Positions 12,282 through 25,149 of a DNA stretch of 53,772 nucleotides are shown piece by piece (position 1 is the first letter of the stretch; each line of letters begins with the position of its first letter). The notes beneath the pieces were generated by a model, which saw only the letters and a list, made by a program, of their open reading frames with translations, was not told where the DNA came from and did not search any database. The position numbers and the translations under genes were made by a program. This stretch comes from Octopus bimaculoides (Eukaryota), in the NCBI RefSeq assembly GCF_001194135.2, contig NC_069006.1:10442458-10496229 (forward strand). Direction: 5' to 3'.

Positions 12282-13599
12282 ATAAAATGTTTGAAGCGGT
12301 GTACAGATATTGTATATTAAGAAGGAGGCAGTCAAAATTTTGGATAATTCTTTATTGGCGTTTTCAATCATTCAGTCAAACTCTTCATGGTATAATGCAC
12401 AGAAAATTTCTTCTGCCTTATTTATTAGGAATTATCCAAAATCTCCTTCTTCTTAATATATGTATATATATATATATATTATATTATATTATATTATAAA
12501 TTAGATATATGTGTGCGTGTGTATGTGTATGTGGTGTACCATACAGATTTGAAAAAAATCCAGAACTATCATATATATAAAAGCTATAAATTTTCTGTAA
12601 AAAATATCATTTCTGATGAATCTTTGAAATGAGATGGAGGCATTAAATGATAATTATCCAAAGTTCTGACTACCTTCTATTTCTTAATATATATAAATAT
12701 ATATACATATGTATGAGTCCTCACTGACAGACCCTTAGTATTAATAAAAAAAATTAAATGCTTAGTATTAATAAAAAACTTAGTCGCCCACAGTTAACTG
12801 TAACTACTGCAATTTTTGACTATATAAACAGATTAGCAGTTTGTTTCTCTGAGATTGGTCAAATTGATGTAGATGCCTGTGATGAGAGTTGAATAAGATC
12901 CGAAAATCAGTTACGGCTGTTTCTATTTTTTTTTTCAATCTACAGAGAAATAACTAAATTTTCCCTATTTATATATTTTATGATATAAGTTACATATATG
13001 CTTTAAGAAAGTCATCAAGATCACAACATCACATTAAATGTTATTAAGCATCACATTAGATGTTATTAAACAGGCGTTGTTTGTCTTTGGGGAAGGCATC
13101 AATATCACAACATTGCATTGTATATTTTCTTGTATAAGATACTGAAAGGTTAATGTTTTCACTGAAGTCATCATCGTGTGTGTTTAAGAAAGGCATCACC
13201 ATCACAGCATCACATTGGATTTTTCACCAGTGTAATCCTTATTTGTGTTTGGGAAATGAATCAACATCTCAACATCACATTTTCTACTTTTGTGTGTGAA
13301 ATATTAAAGACATAAAAATTATTTTCTGTTAAAAATTGTTTCTTGAACTTTTACCAGATATTTCAGTCACCACATTTCCAGACNNNNNNNNNNNNNNNNN
13401 NNNNNNNNNNNNNNNNNNNNNNNNNNNNNNNNNNNNNNNNNNNNNNNNNNNNNNNNNNNNNNNNNNNNNNNNNNNNNNNNNNNNNNNNNNNNNNNNNNNN
13501 NNNNNNNNNNNNNNNNNNNNNNNNNNNNNNNNNNNNNNNNNNNNNNNNNNNNNNNNNNNNNNNNNNNNNNACAATTGACAACACCTCCTTTTAAACTAT

Positions 13600-14050
13600 G
13601 ACCAATATTGCAACACTATTACTACCAACACCACTACAACCAACACTGAAACACTACTACAACTAACAACACCACCATTATACTATAACCAATACTGCAG
13701 CAATACTACTACTACCAACACCACTAAAACTAACACTATAACTTAGAACACCACCACAACAGCTACCACTACTACACTACAGCTACCAATACCACCACAA
13801 CACTATAACCAACACCACAACTAATGCTGCAACAGTGCTACAACTAACATCACCACAGCACTATAACCAGTACTACAACTACTGCTACTACCAATATTAC
13901 AATGCGCACCTTAATACTGCTCCTACCAGCACCACAATGCTACTACATTCAACACTACAACCAAAACTACAACACTATAATTGACACCCCAATACTACAG
14001 CGAAAACTACAACAATCGCCAACACCGCAAAATACTACAACTACTGCTAC
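13600..14050 (+). repeat. Degenerate ACN/AAC-rich low-complexity repeat
   Basis: Recurrent actactaccaacaccactacaaccaacact-type words with stops; no usable ORF. Confidence 0.8.
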
Positions 14051-14249
14051 ATTCTCTTGTCTTGCTTCGTAAATGAGAGAATTGATATAATGGTCCCTGA
14101 ATGATTTTCAGTGATTTACAGTTTCTTGAGATGAGACATTCTGGCACAGCTGTTTTGGCACCGCCACTTGGGCATCACTGATTCTACACTGACATATTCA
14201 GCATCCGAAAATTTAATGCTTCCTTCATTTTAATGTGTTTGTCCCCTTC

Positions 14250-15175
14250 TCTCTCTCTCTTTCTCTCTCCATTTATGTGAGTGAGCATATTTCTCTATAA
14301 ATGTGTGAGAAGAGGGAAAATGGCGTTTATGTCACTTATGTTTAATAAATTATAATATCTCTCCTATTCCCTCCCTCTATTACTCCTATATCTCTTCCTC
14401 CTTCCCTCTCTTTCTCCCTCCCTCTATCCTCCTCATGCTCTCTCCCTCCCTCTATCCCTCTCTTACTCCTCCTATGTCTCTTCTCCTTCCCTCTATCCTT
14501 CTCATGCTCTCTCCTTTGTCTCTCCCTCACTCTATCCCTCTCTTACTCCTCCTATGTCTCTCCTCCTTCCCTCTCTTGCTCCCTCCCTCTCTCTGTTTAT
14601 GTGGGTGAATATATTTCTCTCTGTATGCAAGAGAAGAGGGAATATGATGTTTATATCAATTATGTTCATTTAATAATATCTCCCTTTCTCTCTCCCCCTC
14701 TCTCACAATTCCTCCCCCCCTCTCTCTCTCTTACTCTGTTTATGTGGGTGAGCATGTTTCGCTTTATGTCTCTGAGGAAAGGGAAACTTTACATCAGTCG
14801 GGTTCAGTTGAATTATAATGTCTCTGTCTCTCAATCTATCTCTGTGTATATTTCTGTGCACACACACACATGCATGAGCATGTGTGTGTGTATGTGTGCA
14901 TGTGTGTATGCATGTGTATGTGTGTGCATGTCTTTGCATGTGTGTGCTTGTGTGTGCGTGCGTCTGCATATATGTGTATGTCTGTGTGTCTGCATGTGTG
15001 TGTGTCTGTGCGTGTCTGTGTGTACCTGTCTGTACATGAGTGTTTGTGTGCATGTGTATACATGTGTATGCACATGTATGTGTGTGTACATGCATGTCTG
15101 TGTGTGTATGTGTGCATGTGGCTGTGCATGTATCTGTCTGTGTGTGTGTGTGTCTGCATGTGTGTGTGTGTTTGC
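14250..15175. repeat. Polypyrimidine tract with internal direct repeats, followed by degenerate (TG)n
   Basis: CT-rich 14370-14730; (TG)n-like 14860-15170. This is the source of spurious H/T- and C/V-rich ORFs. Confidence 0.85.
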
Positions 15176-15499
15176 CTCTAGCGATGAAGAAGTACTGTTA
15201 TCAACACAGGTTGAATGCCCATCCAGCCATGCCAAACCAGCAGCATTCAAATAGCTACACCCAATCGACCCATTCCAAGGTTTTTCTATGTGAAGAATTC
15301 TGGTAATTCCTCCAGCAGCACATGTCCATTTCTGAAGAAATTGATGAGGTCATTGCTTTCCCATGATCCTTCTCAAGATTCAGTACTTGACCGGTACTGC
15401 ATATGTTGACCACAGCAAGATTTGAACTCAAGACATAGCGATCTGTAACTAAATACACTGCATAGGCTTTTGTCCAATGCTCTAATTCTGCCGGCTTGC

Positions 15500-15732
15500 C
15501 ACCTTAATAATTGTAACAGTGGCTTCAAATTTTGGCACATGGCCAGCAATTTTGGAGGAGGGGGTATGTCAATTACATCAATCCCAGTGTGCAACTGGTA
15601 TTTATTTCATTGATCCCCACCTTCCCGCCAAAAAGATGAAAAGCAAAGTCAACTTTGGGGAAATTTGAACTCGGGCAAAATGCTGATAAGCATTTTGTCT
15701 TGCATGCTAAAGGTTCTGCCAGCTTACCACCT

Positions 15733-15769
<37 letters not shown>

Positions 15770-15892
15770 TTTCCCATGAGAGCTGCCATTTTTGGAGAGG
15801 GGATGAGTCAATTACATCGATCTCAGTGTTTCACTGCTACTTAATTTATCGACCCCAAAAGGATGGAAGGCAAAGTTAACCTCACCGGAATT

Positions 15893-15928
<36 letters not shown>

Positions 15929-16567
15929 GAAGATTAGTGAATTAAGAAACTTGGAAAAAAAAAAACAGGAAATTATTCACATCATTCTGGAGTCACCACT
16001 CTAAAGCAGATGCAGATATATTGACTTTGTTCGGAAGAAGGTCATGGCCTGACACAAATAGAGAACTACTATAAAATAACAACAGTTGAACGAGAAAATT
16101 ACTTAGAAACAAAATGTGTATAACTACTACACGTAAAAAAGCAACATAAAAGAAAATTTTCCCAATACACAAGAGGGAGACAAAATACAAAACAGATGCA
16201 AGCCACACTGAAATGCTGATCTCATATGACAACATAGCAGAAATGGCCAAAAAGACAAAATCAACATGGAAACAGAACCATGAAACATATTTAAGAAATG
16301 GAGAGAAAAATCACTCCATGGTCTATACCCTGCAATGATTAACAGAGAAGTAAGCCTAAGTAAAAGTCAACAATGGCTCAAAAGCTCTGGTCTAAAAGCT
16401 GAAATAGAAGGACTGACTCTTGCTGCAAAAGACCAATGCCTGACCACAAATAACTATAAAAGGAAAATAATGAAAACAGGCCCTAATACCAAATGCACAG
16501 TGGGCACCCAGCACAACAAGATAGTTGACTACATCATCATCTCTGGCTGTCCAGTCCTTGCCAAATC

Positions 16568-16609
<42 letters not shown>

Positions 16610-18821
16610 CATTACCAAGTAAGTATTTTTATCCAGCAGGCAATGTGCCAACACTACAACATAAAAACTGACAAGAAATGGTATAAATATGTGCCAAACA
16701 AGATACATGACAATGACCAGGTCACCATCATCTGGGATTGGCCTGTTCAAACAGAAAAATCAAAACTAATCACCCAGACAGGATAATCAAAGATGGAAAA
16801 AAAAACACATGCTTACTGACAGACATGGCAGTCCCTTCTGACCAAAATATTCTTTTCTATTCTCGGCATAAGGCCCAAACTTTTGGGGGAGGGGGCCAGT
16901 TGATTATATTGACCCCAGTACACAACCATTATAATAATGATAATAATAATAATAATGTCATCTCAGTTGTTGCAGTGGCCCTGAGGGAAGTAACAACCAG
17001 GTTTGAGAAATAAGTCGGAGAAATTGGAATTGACATGAGGGTAGAACATGCTCTGAAAGATTGCTTTATTGAGGACAGCAAAGATTTTGAGGTTAGTGTT
17101 TGGATGTTAAGTATTGGTGACAGAGACCCTGTGAGACTTTTGACAAGTATGATGCTGTCCTCTGTTACAGAATTAACCAGAGTTAGAAAAATTGAGAGCT
17201 CTGAGAAGTAAAATGGAAATAATAATGGGCTCAATACTTAAAATTCTGCCAAGGTCGACTTTGCCTTTCATCCTTTCGGGGTCGATAAATTAAGTACCAT
17301 TTGCATATTGGGGTTGATCTAATTGACTGGCCCCCCCTCTCCAAAATGTTGGGCCTTGTGCCTAGAGTAGAAAAGAATATTCTGCTCAATATCACAGATT
17401 TGCTTGTCAGTTGCTTGACTTTAACCAGTTGAGCATGTCCCTTAGTGGCTGATAATATGTGCATCTCTGATCATGAGCAGAAGTAGTGGGGGAGCATCAT
17501 AGCCATGTGTTGAGAGGAATTCTTTGGAGTTTGAACAATTAACTTCTGGAAACATGAATGTTTCATTCATGGTCCTTAAACAGCCCTTAGTAAGGGGCAT
17601 TTTGAGCAGGACGGACTACTTGACCTGAAGAAAGTTCTGACTGGACCTCACCTGCAAGGTCATGTGCTGTTTATCTTGGCATGAGATCATCATGTCATGC
17701 ACATATGGTTGTGATGGATGTACCTGATGTACCCTTATCAGACAGGTAGTCATGATGGGTATATTGGGCTTTATATATTTGTACCAAAGTATCACCTTGA
17801 TGGCATGCACTGCTCTCTATCTCAGTAATAATAACAATAATCCTATCTAATAAAGGTACAAGGCCTGAAATTTGATGGGAGGGAGGTAGTTGATTGCATC
17901 AACCCCAGTGTCACTTAAGTTATTGATCCTGAAAGGATGAAAGACAGAGCTGTCCTCTGGAATTTGAACTCTGAATGTAGGACGAATGAAATATTGCTAA
18001 GCATTTCGTTCAACATGCTAACAATTCTGCCAGCTCACCACCTTAATAATGATAATAATAGTAATGATAATAATAGTAATGATAATTTTTAAAAAAATCA
18101 AATATTGTTGACTCTTTATCTATAATACATTTAGGTGCAGGTAAGGCTGTGTGGTAAGTAGCTCGCTTACCAGCCACATGGTACCAGGTTTAGTCCCACT
18201 GCATGGCACCTTGGGCAAGATTCTTCTACTCTAGCCTCGGGCTGACCAAAGCCATGTGAGGGGATTTGGTAGATGGAAACTGAAAGAAGCCTGTTGTATA
18301 TATATGTTTGTCCCTCCACCATCTCTTGACAACCACTAAGCATTTTGTCCGGTGTGCTAATGATTCTGCCAGCCCACCACTTTATTATGATAATAATAAT
18401 AATAATCCTTTCTACTCTAGGCACAAGGCCTGAAAATTTGAGGGAGGGGGTTAGTCGATTACATCAACTGGTACTTATTTTATCAACCCTGAAGGGATGA
18501 AAAGCAAAAATTGACCGTGGCAGAATTTGAACTCAGAACATGATGACAAACAAAATGCTGCTATGCATTTTGACCTGCATGCTAATGATTCTGCCAGCTT
18601 GCTACCTTAATAATAATAATAATGATAATAGTTTCAAATTTTGGTCCAAGGCAAGCAAGCTCATGGGACGGGCTAAGTCAATTACATCAACCCAGTGTTC
18701 TACTGGTGCTTATTCTACCGACCTCGGAAGGATGAAAGGCAAAGTTGACTTTGGTGGAATTTGAACTCAGAATGTAAGGATGGACAAAATGCTGCTAAGT
18801 ATTCTGCCAGCTCACCGCTTT

Positions 18822-18830
<9 letters not shown>
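15500..18830. mobile_element. Further copies of the (ATT)n-tailed SINE (minus: ~15500-15900 x2, 17830-18060, 18390-18830 x2; plus: 17236-17370)
   Basis: Same aaggatgaaaggcaaagt.gac...ggaatttgaactcag core. More copies at 24858-24985(+), 25545-25730(+), 35285-35490(-) and 36020-36560(-, x3). Confidence 0.8.
15975..17100 (+). mobile_element. R4/Dong-type non-LTR retrotransposon remnant (post-RT region, zinc-knuckle relic, restriction-like endonuclease)
   Basis: HSKADAD...EEGHGLTQIE..YK; SQQWLKSSGLKAEIEGLTLAAKDQCLTTNNY; IISGCPVLAKSEY..RH; NHPDRIIKD.KK.TCLL.DMAVPSDQNI; VISVV.VAL..VTTRFEK.VGEIGIDMRVEHA. Interrupted by (AT)n and a SINE fragment. Confidence 0.8.
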
Positions 18831-18858
<28 letters not shown>

Positions 18859-19478
18859 AAAAAACAGAGACAAGAGAATTTCTAGAAAACAAAATTTTAA
18901 TTTATTGACTCTGAACTCTACAGTGGGTGTATATATAATACCAGAATGTTGTGATAAAAAATTAAGAGGAGAATAAACACTGTTTTTGTATAAAATGTTA
19001 GAGAAACGAAAATACTTGTGGTTTTGTGTTTCATTACTAAGTTCAGGTTGCTGTGCAAGGTGATGGCATAAAAAAAATTGCAGTCATTCTGGGTAACAAT
19101 GTGTGCATGTTTCTATATATGTGTGTGTATATATATTATACATATAATCATTTTATTGACCAGTCTATTGGATGCTGTTATACATCGCTGGTCACAATGC
19201 ACTTTGCATTGTTTTAGCTTTTGTGTGATGACACTCCGTTGGCTAGATGAGCAGGCCAATATTTCTCTTGATCAGCAGGGTCATCCCCTCGCAGTATTAC
19301 CCATTCACAGCTGAGTCCACTGGAGCAATGTGAAATGAAGGGTTTTGCTCAAGAACACAACACCCTGCCCAGTCTGGGAATCAAACCCACGATCTAGTAA
19401 TCATGCGTGCAAAACTCTGACTACTCAGTCATGTGCCTTCACATTATATACATATATATATATATATGAAATTCCAAC

Positions 19479-19677
19479 TTTTTATTATTTGCAATATTGA
19501 AATAATCTAGTACTTTCATGTGTTACACAATCTTCAGGTTTGTGTAATGACAGTGGTGTTCCACAACTGACAACTATTGTCAGTTGTGGAACACCAGTCA
19601 CTACACAAACCTGCAGATTGTGTAACACATGAAAGTACTAGATTATTTCAATATTGTAAAAATTGCAAATAATAAAA
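19479..19677. repeat. Near-perfect ~200-nt palindrome (3-nt loop at 19574-19576) carrying hammerhead-like cores
   Basis: The core ~80-nt arms differ by 2 internal substitutions and one 2-nt indel. The minus strand reads CTGAAGA-TTGTGTAACACAT-GAAA-GTAC-TA. Confidence 0.92.
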
Positions 19678-20096
19678 TGTGAAAATTAGACTAAGTTCAA
19701 ATTTCTCTGATTAATATATTCTTTGCCACACAATCATACAAACTCTTTGATATATATATNNNNNNNNNNNNNNNNNNNNNNNNNNNNNNNNNNNNNNNNN
19801 NNNNNNNNNNNNNNNNNNNNNNNNNNNNNNNNNNNNNNNNNNNNNNNNNNNNNNNNNNNNNNNNNNNNNNNNNNNNNNNNNNNNNNNNNNNNNNNNNNNN
19901 NNNNNNNNNNNNNNNNNNNNNNNNNNNNNNNNNNNNNNNNNNNNNNNNNNNNNNNNNNNNNNNNNNNNNNNNNNNNNNNNNNNNNNNNNNNNNNNNNNNN
20001 NNNNNNNNNNNNNNNNNNNNNNNNNNNNNNNNNNNNNNNNNNNNNNNNNNNNNNNNNNNNNNNNNNNNNNNNNNNNNNNNNNNNNNNNNNNNNNNN

Positions 20097-20335
20097 GTGT
20101 ATGGAGAAGGTATTGTTACTGGAAAAAAAAAAAAAAAACTGCACAGAAATGGTTTTCATTTCACACTTGAAAGAAAGGGAAAGTTAACTTCACAGACTCT
20201 CTGTGTTCCAGCCAACCTGTTCAGTTCAATGAGGACCGATTGAAGCTCATCTGCAAGGATCCAGGCCATTCCAATATGAAATTGGCCCCAGCAGATGAGA
20301 TGCCTTATGATACCATCACCTTCACTCGATAGAAT
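20097..20335 (+). mobile_element. Mariner transposase N-terminal (HTH) fragment
   Basis: VYGEGIVT...QKWFS and QPVQFNEDRLKLICKDP resemble the mariner VYG...QKWF..F...RSGRP..FDED.LK consensus; frameshifted. Confidence 0.55.
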
Positions 20336-21344
20336 TAAAATAAATGGAAAAAAAAAAAAAATTTATCCGTCAACCCAATATATATATATATATCTCAATG
20401 TACATATAAATATACATATAAGCATGGTCTTTACACTAGTTTATTTTTACCAAGCTGCAAGGGTTAAACGGATATATTAACAAAATACTGTTTTTATGGG
20501 TGGATGCCTTTTCCTGTCTCTAACCCTTCCTTACATGTTTTTCAAGCCAGAGGTCTCTTCTTTTACATGTCTTAGAAGATGAGAAGCAAACGGATAATTT
20601 GTAGACACATGAGAAAACACGTCATAGCTTGCAAATGTAAACAAACATATATATATATATACATGCTTTTATATATATGTATATATAAATACATGTATGT
20701 ATGTGTGAGAAGTTTGCTTTCCAACCACGTGGTTTCAGGTTCAATCCCATTGTGTGCTACCTTGGACAAGTGTCTTCTACTATAGGTCCAAGCTGACCAA
20801 AACTGTGTGGATTTGGTGTACGTGTGTCCATGTAAATGAGTGTCAGTCATACAAAGTGTTGTTCATTTGCAATATTTTGTAGAAACATGTCTGGTCATGG
20901 GGAAATATTAGTTTCTGTGGCAACAGGAAAGGTATCTAGCTACAGAAAAACCTGTTTCAATAGACTACATCTAACCCATGCAAACATAGTAAAGTGGATG
21001 TTAAAACAATGATGATATATACATATCTACACACATACAAACATGTAAATATATAATGATATATGACATAGCTGAAACAACAGACTGTAGAAACAGATGC
21101 TCAATGCTCAGGTTGAGAGTTCAAACCCTGAAGTCAGCAATGCATTTCTTCCCATGGAAATGGGAGAGGATAGAATAAGTACCAGTTTTATACCAAGGTT
21201 TAAAAACAATAAACCACATACAATTCACGGTCTGTGCCATATACACCCTTGCTTAAAGACAAGCTTACATATTTATTACACATGCGGGTATATACATGTG
21301 TGTTCTTTAGATTTGTTTTACCCATAACAAAGGCCATACTGGAG

Positions 21345-21560
21345 CAATATTATCTATACATGGTATCCAGATAGGATCAAAATCTTTTGATGAAACATTC
21401 TCCAGGGCACAGTTGAAGGAGGGTGACGGAGAGGAAGAGAGAAAATTCTGGTTTGACAATATTAAGGACTGGACAAGTTGCAGCACAGTAAACCTCCTCT
21501 GCATGACAAGAGAAAAGGGACCAGTGGCAACAACTATGAAAGTGTTTGCAGACAGGCACT
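21345..21560 (+). mobile_element. RTE-like LINE 3' coding fragment
   Basis: AQLKEGDGEEERKFWFDNIKDWTSCSTVNLLCMTREK resembles the EG.R.RGR.RK.W.DNIKDWT RTE C-terminus. Confidence 0.55.
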
Positions 21561-22599
21561 CCAACAACTGGATGTAGCAGTTAATGGATTTTGATCATTA
21601 TATATATATATATACACACACACATATAATCATCATTTAGCATCTCTTTTTTTCACGCTGATATCGGTTGGACAGTTCAATATGAACTGACGATCCAGAG
21701 GGTTGCAAACATTGGAACAGCCGGATGCTGTAAGGTCGCCAAGTACTTGCAACACAAGACACTTCACCCTCGAATGAGTGCAGCAACAGTATGGATGAAT
21801 ATGAAAATACAATAGAGGGACACAAGTGGACAGGTGGTTGCAATTGTCATTAAATCACTTATAGAGTTATGAGTTCATCCCTTTGCAATTACTTGCCCCC
21901 TTTTTATTTTATCTCTCTCACTCTCTAATAATTACCTGCACACACACACATATACATACAAACATTTATAATAGTTGCCTGTATGTGTGCAAGAGGAATC
22001 ATACACAATATTCAGTTTCTGTTACACACACACTTGTTTGAGTGTCCCAAGCAGGACTTAAAACTGCGTCTAGTGGGTCCCTTTTTAAAGAGTATATAAC
22101 ACCAAACCCTTGGCCACTATTTGTTCCTAGGTCAAATGTGATCTGGAGTAATAACTACTCTTTAGGGTCCCAGCTATGGGTTAATTAGAATGTGAATCAC
22201 TGGCGAGTGAAAGAGCCCCTAGGTCTGGATAGGACTTCCTTCGACGAGAAGGTAAACTCATGCAAAAAAAAAAAAAACACCCTGCAGTGCAGTGTCTCTG
22301 TTGTGCCTCTGATGTTATAGTTGTTTGCACTAAAAAGGGGGTTCAGTAGTGTGCAACACTGAACCCACTCAAAACAAATCCACACACACACACATTCATA
22401 CATACATACATACACACACACATATATATATATATAGTTAGCAACAAGTAAATTCCATACACACAAAGTGGATCAGTTTTTTTGAGGTCACTTGTTTCAT
22501 GAGTTCTAATCCTAAATTAATTTTTTAACCTTACGTTTCAGCTAAGTTCCCAGCAACTGTGATGGTTTTGAGAGTCATCAGCAACGAGAGGTGTCATGT

Positions 22600-22840
22600 T
22601 GCTGTCTACTGAGAGGTATTGGAAGATAGTTGCAAGGCCCTGGACAGAGGGGGTACACAACAGAAGATCATACGTCTTCCAACAAAACTCTGCACTGTCT
22701 CACAAGGCTAGGACAACCCAACCATGGATGCATGCCATCTCCATGATCATCTTCTCCAAGGCACATGACCTTCTAGCTCACCAGACGTCACTCCACTGTA
22801 CTATCATTACATGTGGGGTATATTCAAGAGGTCAGTCAGC
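22600..22840 (+). mobile_element. maT/DD37D-like Tc1-mariner transposase fragment
   Basis: VARPWTEGVHNRRSYVFQQNSALSHKARTTQ, then PSSSPDV.PL.Y..WG in another frame. Confidence 0.65.
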
Positions 22841-23929
22841 ACTCCTATACAATCTCTCAAGTCCACAATAACCAGTGTTATGTCCAAACTTGATAAGGAT
22901 CATCTAATTAGGGCATATCAATGCTTCCAACCCCTTACTCAAGCAACCATTGATACTAAAACGGAACTCAATGAATAGGTGAGATTATTTGTACCAATTT
23001 GTTTTCAAATACAAAGAGCTATGTATCGTTTCCTAAATTCAAACAAATGACCATAAAGAATTGACATACCCTGTGTATGTGTTTATATATAAACACACAC
23101 ACAGGGGATGTCAATTAAATATAATTATTTGGACTTTGGGTAGTTTTAGTCGTATGTCGATTAAAGCATTTTCACCCCTTTAGGCTACCTGATGTCATTG
23201 GATCCACGTCAGTAATTTTGCAGTGTTCATATACACCCATACATACACCTACCCCGACACTTGAGTGTGTGTGTCCAACTGTTAAACTATGTTATACCCT
23301 CACCCAAACCTATGTAGGTGGACCCCTCATTCATTTATTACCCGTTAAATCGCAAATTATGATTGTATTACAATCTCCACAAAGGCATTTTTTGTTGCGA
23401 GGATTAAAAGTGCCGCACCCAACCACATGGCCTCATAAATGGCAACCACCACCACAATTCCAACAGAGGGAACCCTTACACGGTCATTCAACCTGCTAGA
23501 AACAGCAGTCAAATCTTTCTCAAAAGTAAACCCTATCTTCTTAAAAGTGTTCACATGCCCAATAAAATGTCTTTATTATCTTTTACCCATTTCAATCATT
23601 GCAGTGAGGCCATGCTGGGGCACCACCTTGGATCCATACAACACTTAATATTAAATGTTGGCAACCTTACTGTAATTGTAATTTCAAGCCCAACAATCTG
23701 TTAGAAAAAGCAGCCAAATCTCCCTCAAGCAATATCCTGATTTAAAGACAAAGGAAAAATAGACAATGCCCTACATAAAACCTTAAAAAAATAAACAGGT
23801 TGGTCATAACCAGCAAACATCTCTGATCATAGGTCTGTTGGAGTAGCCGGGTGTTAAATATTAAGTCATCATGTATGAAATTTGTAGTTAGGTATATGGT
23901 AAACTTTGACAGCTGCTCATTTTGTGCCA

Positions 23930-24830
23930 TTATTATATTTTGACAATATTTTTTGTTAGAAAGCTGACACATCTATTTCTTTATTCTAACTCATTTTGCA
24001 CTTTGTAAAGTATTTATAAATCATTTTCTGCTATTTGCATTTAGAGATGGATAAGTCGGAAAGTCATAGTTTTGAAATATGAGCTCTTCCTTGGAAATAC
24101 AGCATCACAGACAGCTCGGAATATGAATGAAGTATTTCATTCTAATGTTATTATTACACAGCAAACAGTATCAATTGGTTTTCAAAATTTTTTTCCGGTA
24201 ACTTTGACCTCACAAATGAGCAACACGGTCAACGGGAAACAAAGGTGAATAATGACAGACTGAAAGCCGCCGTCGAGTCAGATCCATCTCAAGGTGTCCG
24301 TGATTTATCGTTGTTGTTTGGTGTTAGCAAGCAAACAATATTGACTCACCTAGTTCAAATCGGTAAAGGGAAAAAGTTGGATAAGTGGGTTCCACATGAA
24401 CTCAATGGAAATCAGAAACAGCAATGTTTGAAAGCCTGCATTATGCTACTTTCTCATCACAAAAGTGAATCATTTTTTAATCGAATTGTAATATGTGATC
24501 AGAAATGGATCCAATACCACAACCGTAAACATTCAGAACAATGTTTGGACAAAGACAAACCACCAAAACACAGTCCAAAAAGCAAAATTCATCAAAAGCT
24601 GATGGTGTGTTTTTGGTGGTCTGGCACAGGTGTAATCCATCAGGATTTCATTAAACCTGGATCATCAATCACAGCCGAACTATACTGCAGCCAACTGGAC
24701 CAAATGATGCAGAAACTTACAAAAAGTAGCCAAGATTAGTCAACAGATACACTCCTATTTTATTGCAAGACAATGCCAGACCACACATCGCAAAAATGAC
24801 ATTAGCGAAACTACAGGAGTTGGAGTTGTA
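23930..24830 (+). mobile_element. Mariner (Mos1/Hsmar-like) transposase pseudogene, 3'-truncated
   Basis: ATG at 24047; KKLDKWVPHEL motif; FFNRIVICDQKWIQYHN; LMVCFWW..GVIH.DF.KPG.SITAELYC.QLDQM; LLQDNARPHIAK. Frameshifts; the third catalytic Asp region is missing. Confidence 0.92.
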
Positions 24831-25149
24831 TTATGCATGTGTATTATCATCCTCATTAAGGTGGTGAACTGGCAGAATCAAAGTGCTTAGCATTTTTTCT
24901 ATGAATCTTTTTATTCAGAGTTCAAATCCAAGCAAAGATGACTTTGCCTCTCATCCTTTCGGGGTCGATAAAATAAAGTACGAGTCAAGTACATGCACTC
25001 TCATTCATCAATGCTCTGGCTGTTGCTTGAGTTTTACATGACTGGGCTGCAAGGCTATTTCTTTTTTTAAAATATGGATTTACACACTTATGCTCGTCAA
25101 CACAGAACCAGGGAAGAGAAAAAATATGAAGGCGTTTGATGACAAATGT

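Noticed and set aside
12614-12930. Further hammerhead-like words (ctgatga atct..agat ggag; tgatgag...cgaaa)
   Set aside because: Each lacks half of the core or a credible stem; compatible with chance.
14601-15254. His/Thr- and Cys/Val-rich ORFs (also 12063-12499, 51514-53769)
   Set aside because: Translations of (CA)n/(TG)n/(TA)n microsatellites.
23218-23972. Cluster of short ORFs upstream of the mariner
   Set aside because: No identifiable domain or splice-consistent structure.
24047-24830. Active or domesticated mariner transposase
   Set aside because: Frameshifts, a degenerate first catalytic motif (ICDQKW) and a missing C-terminal third.
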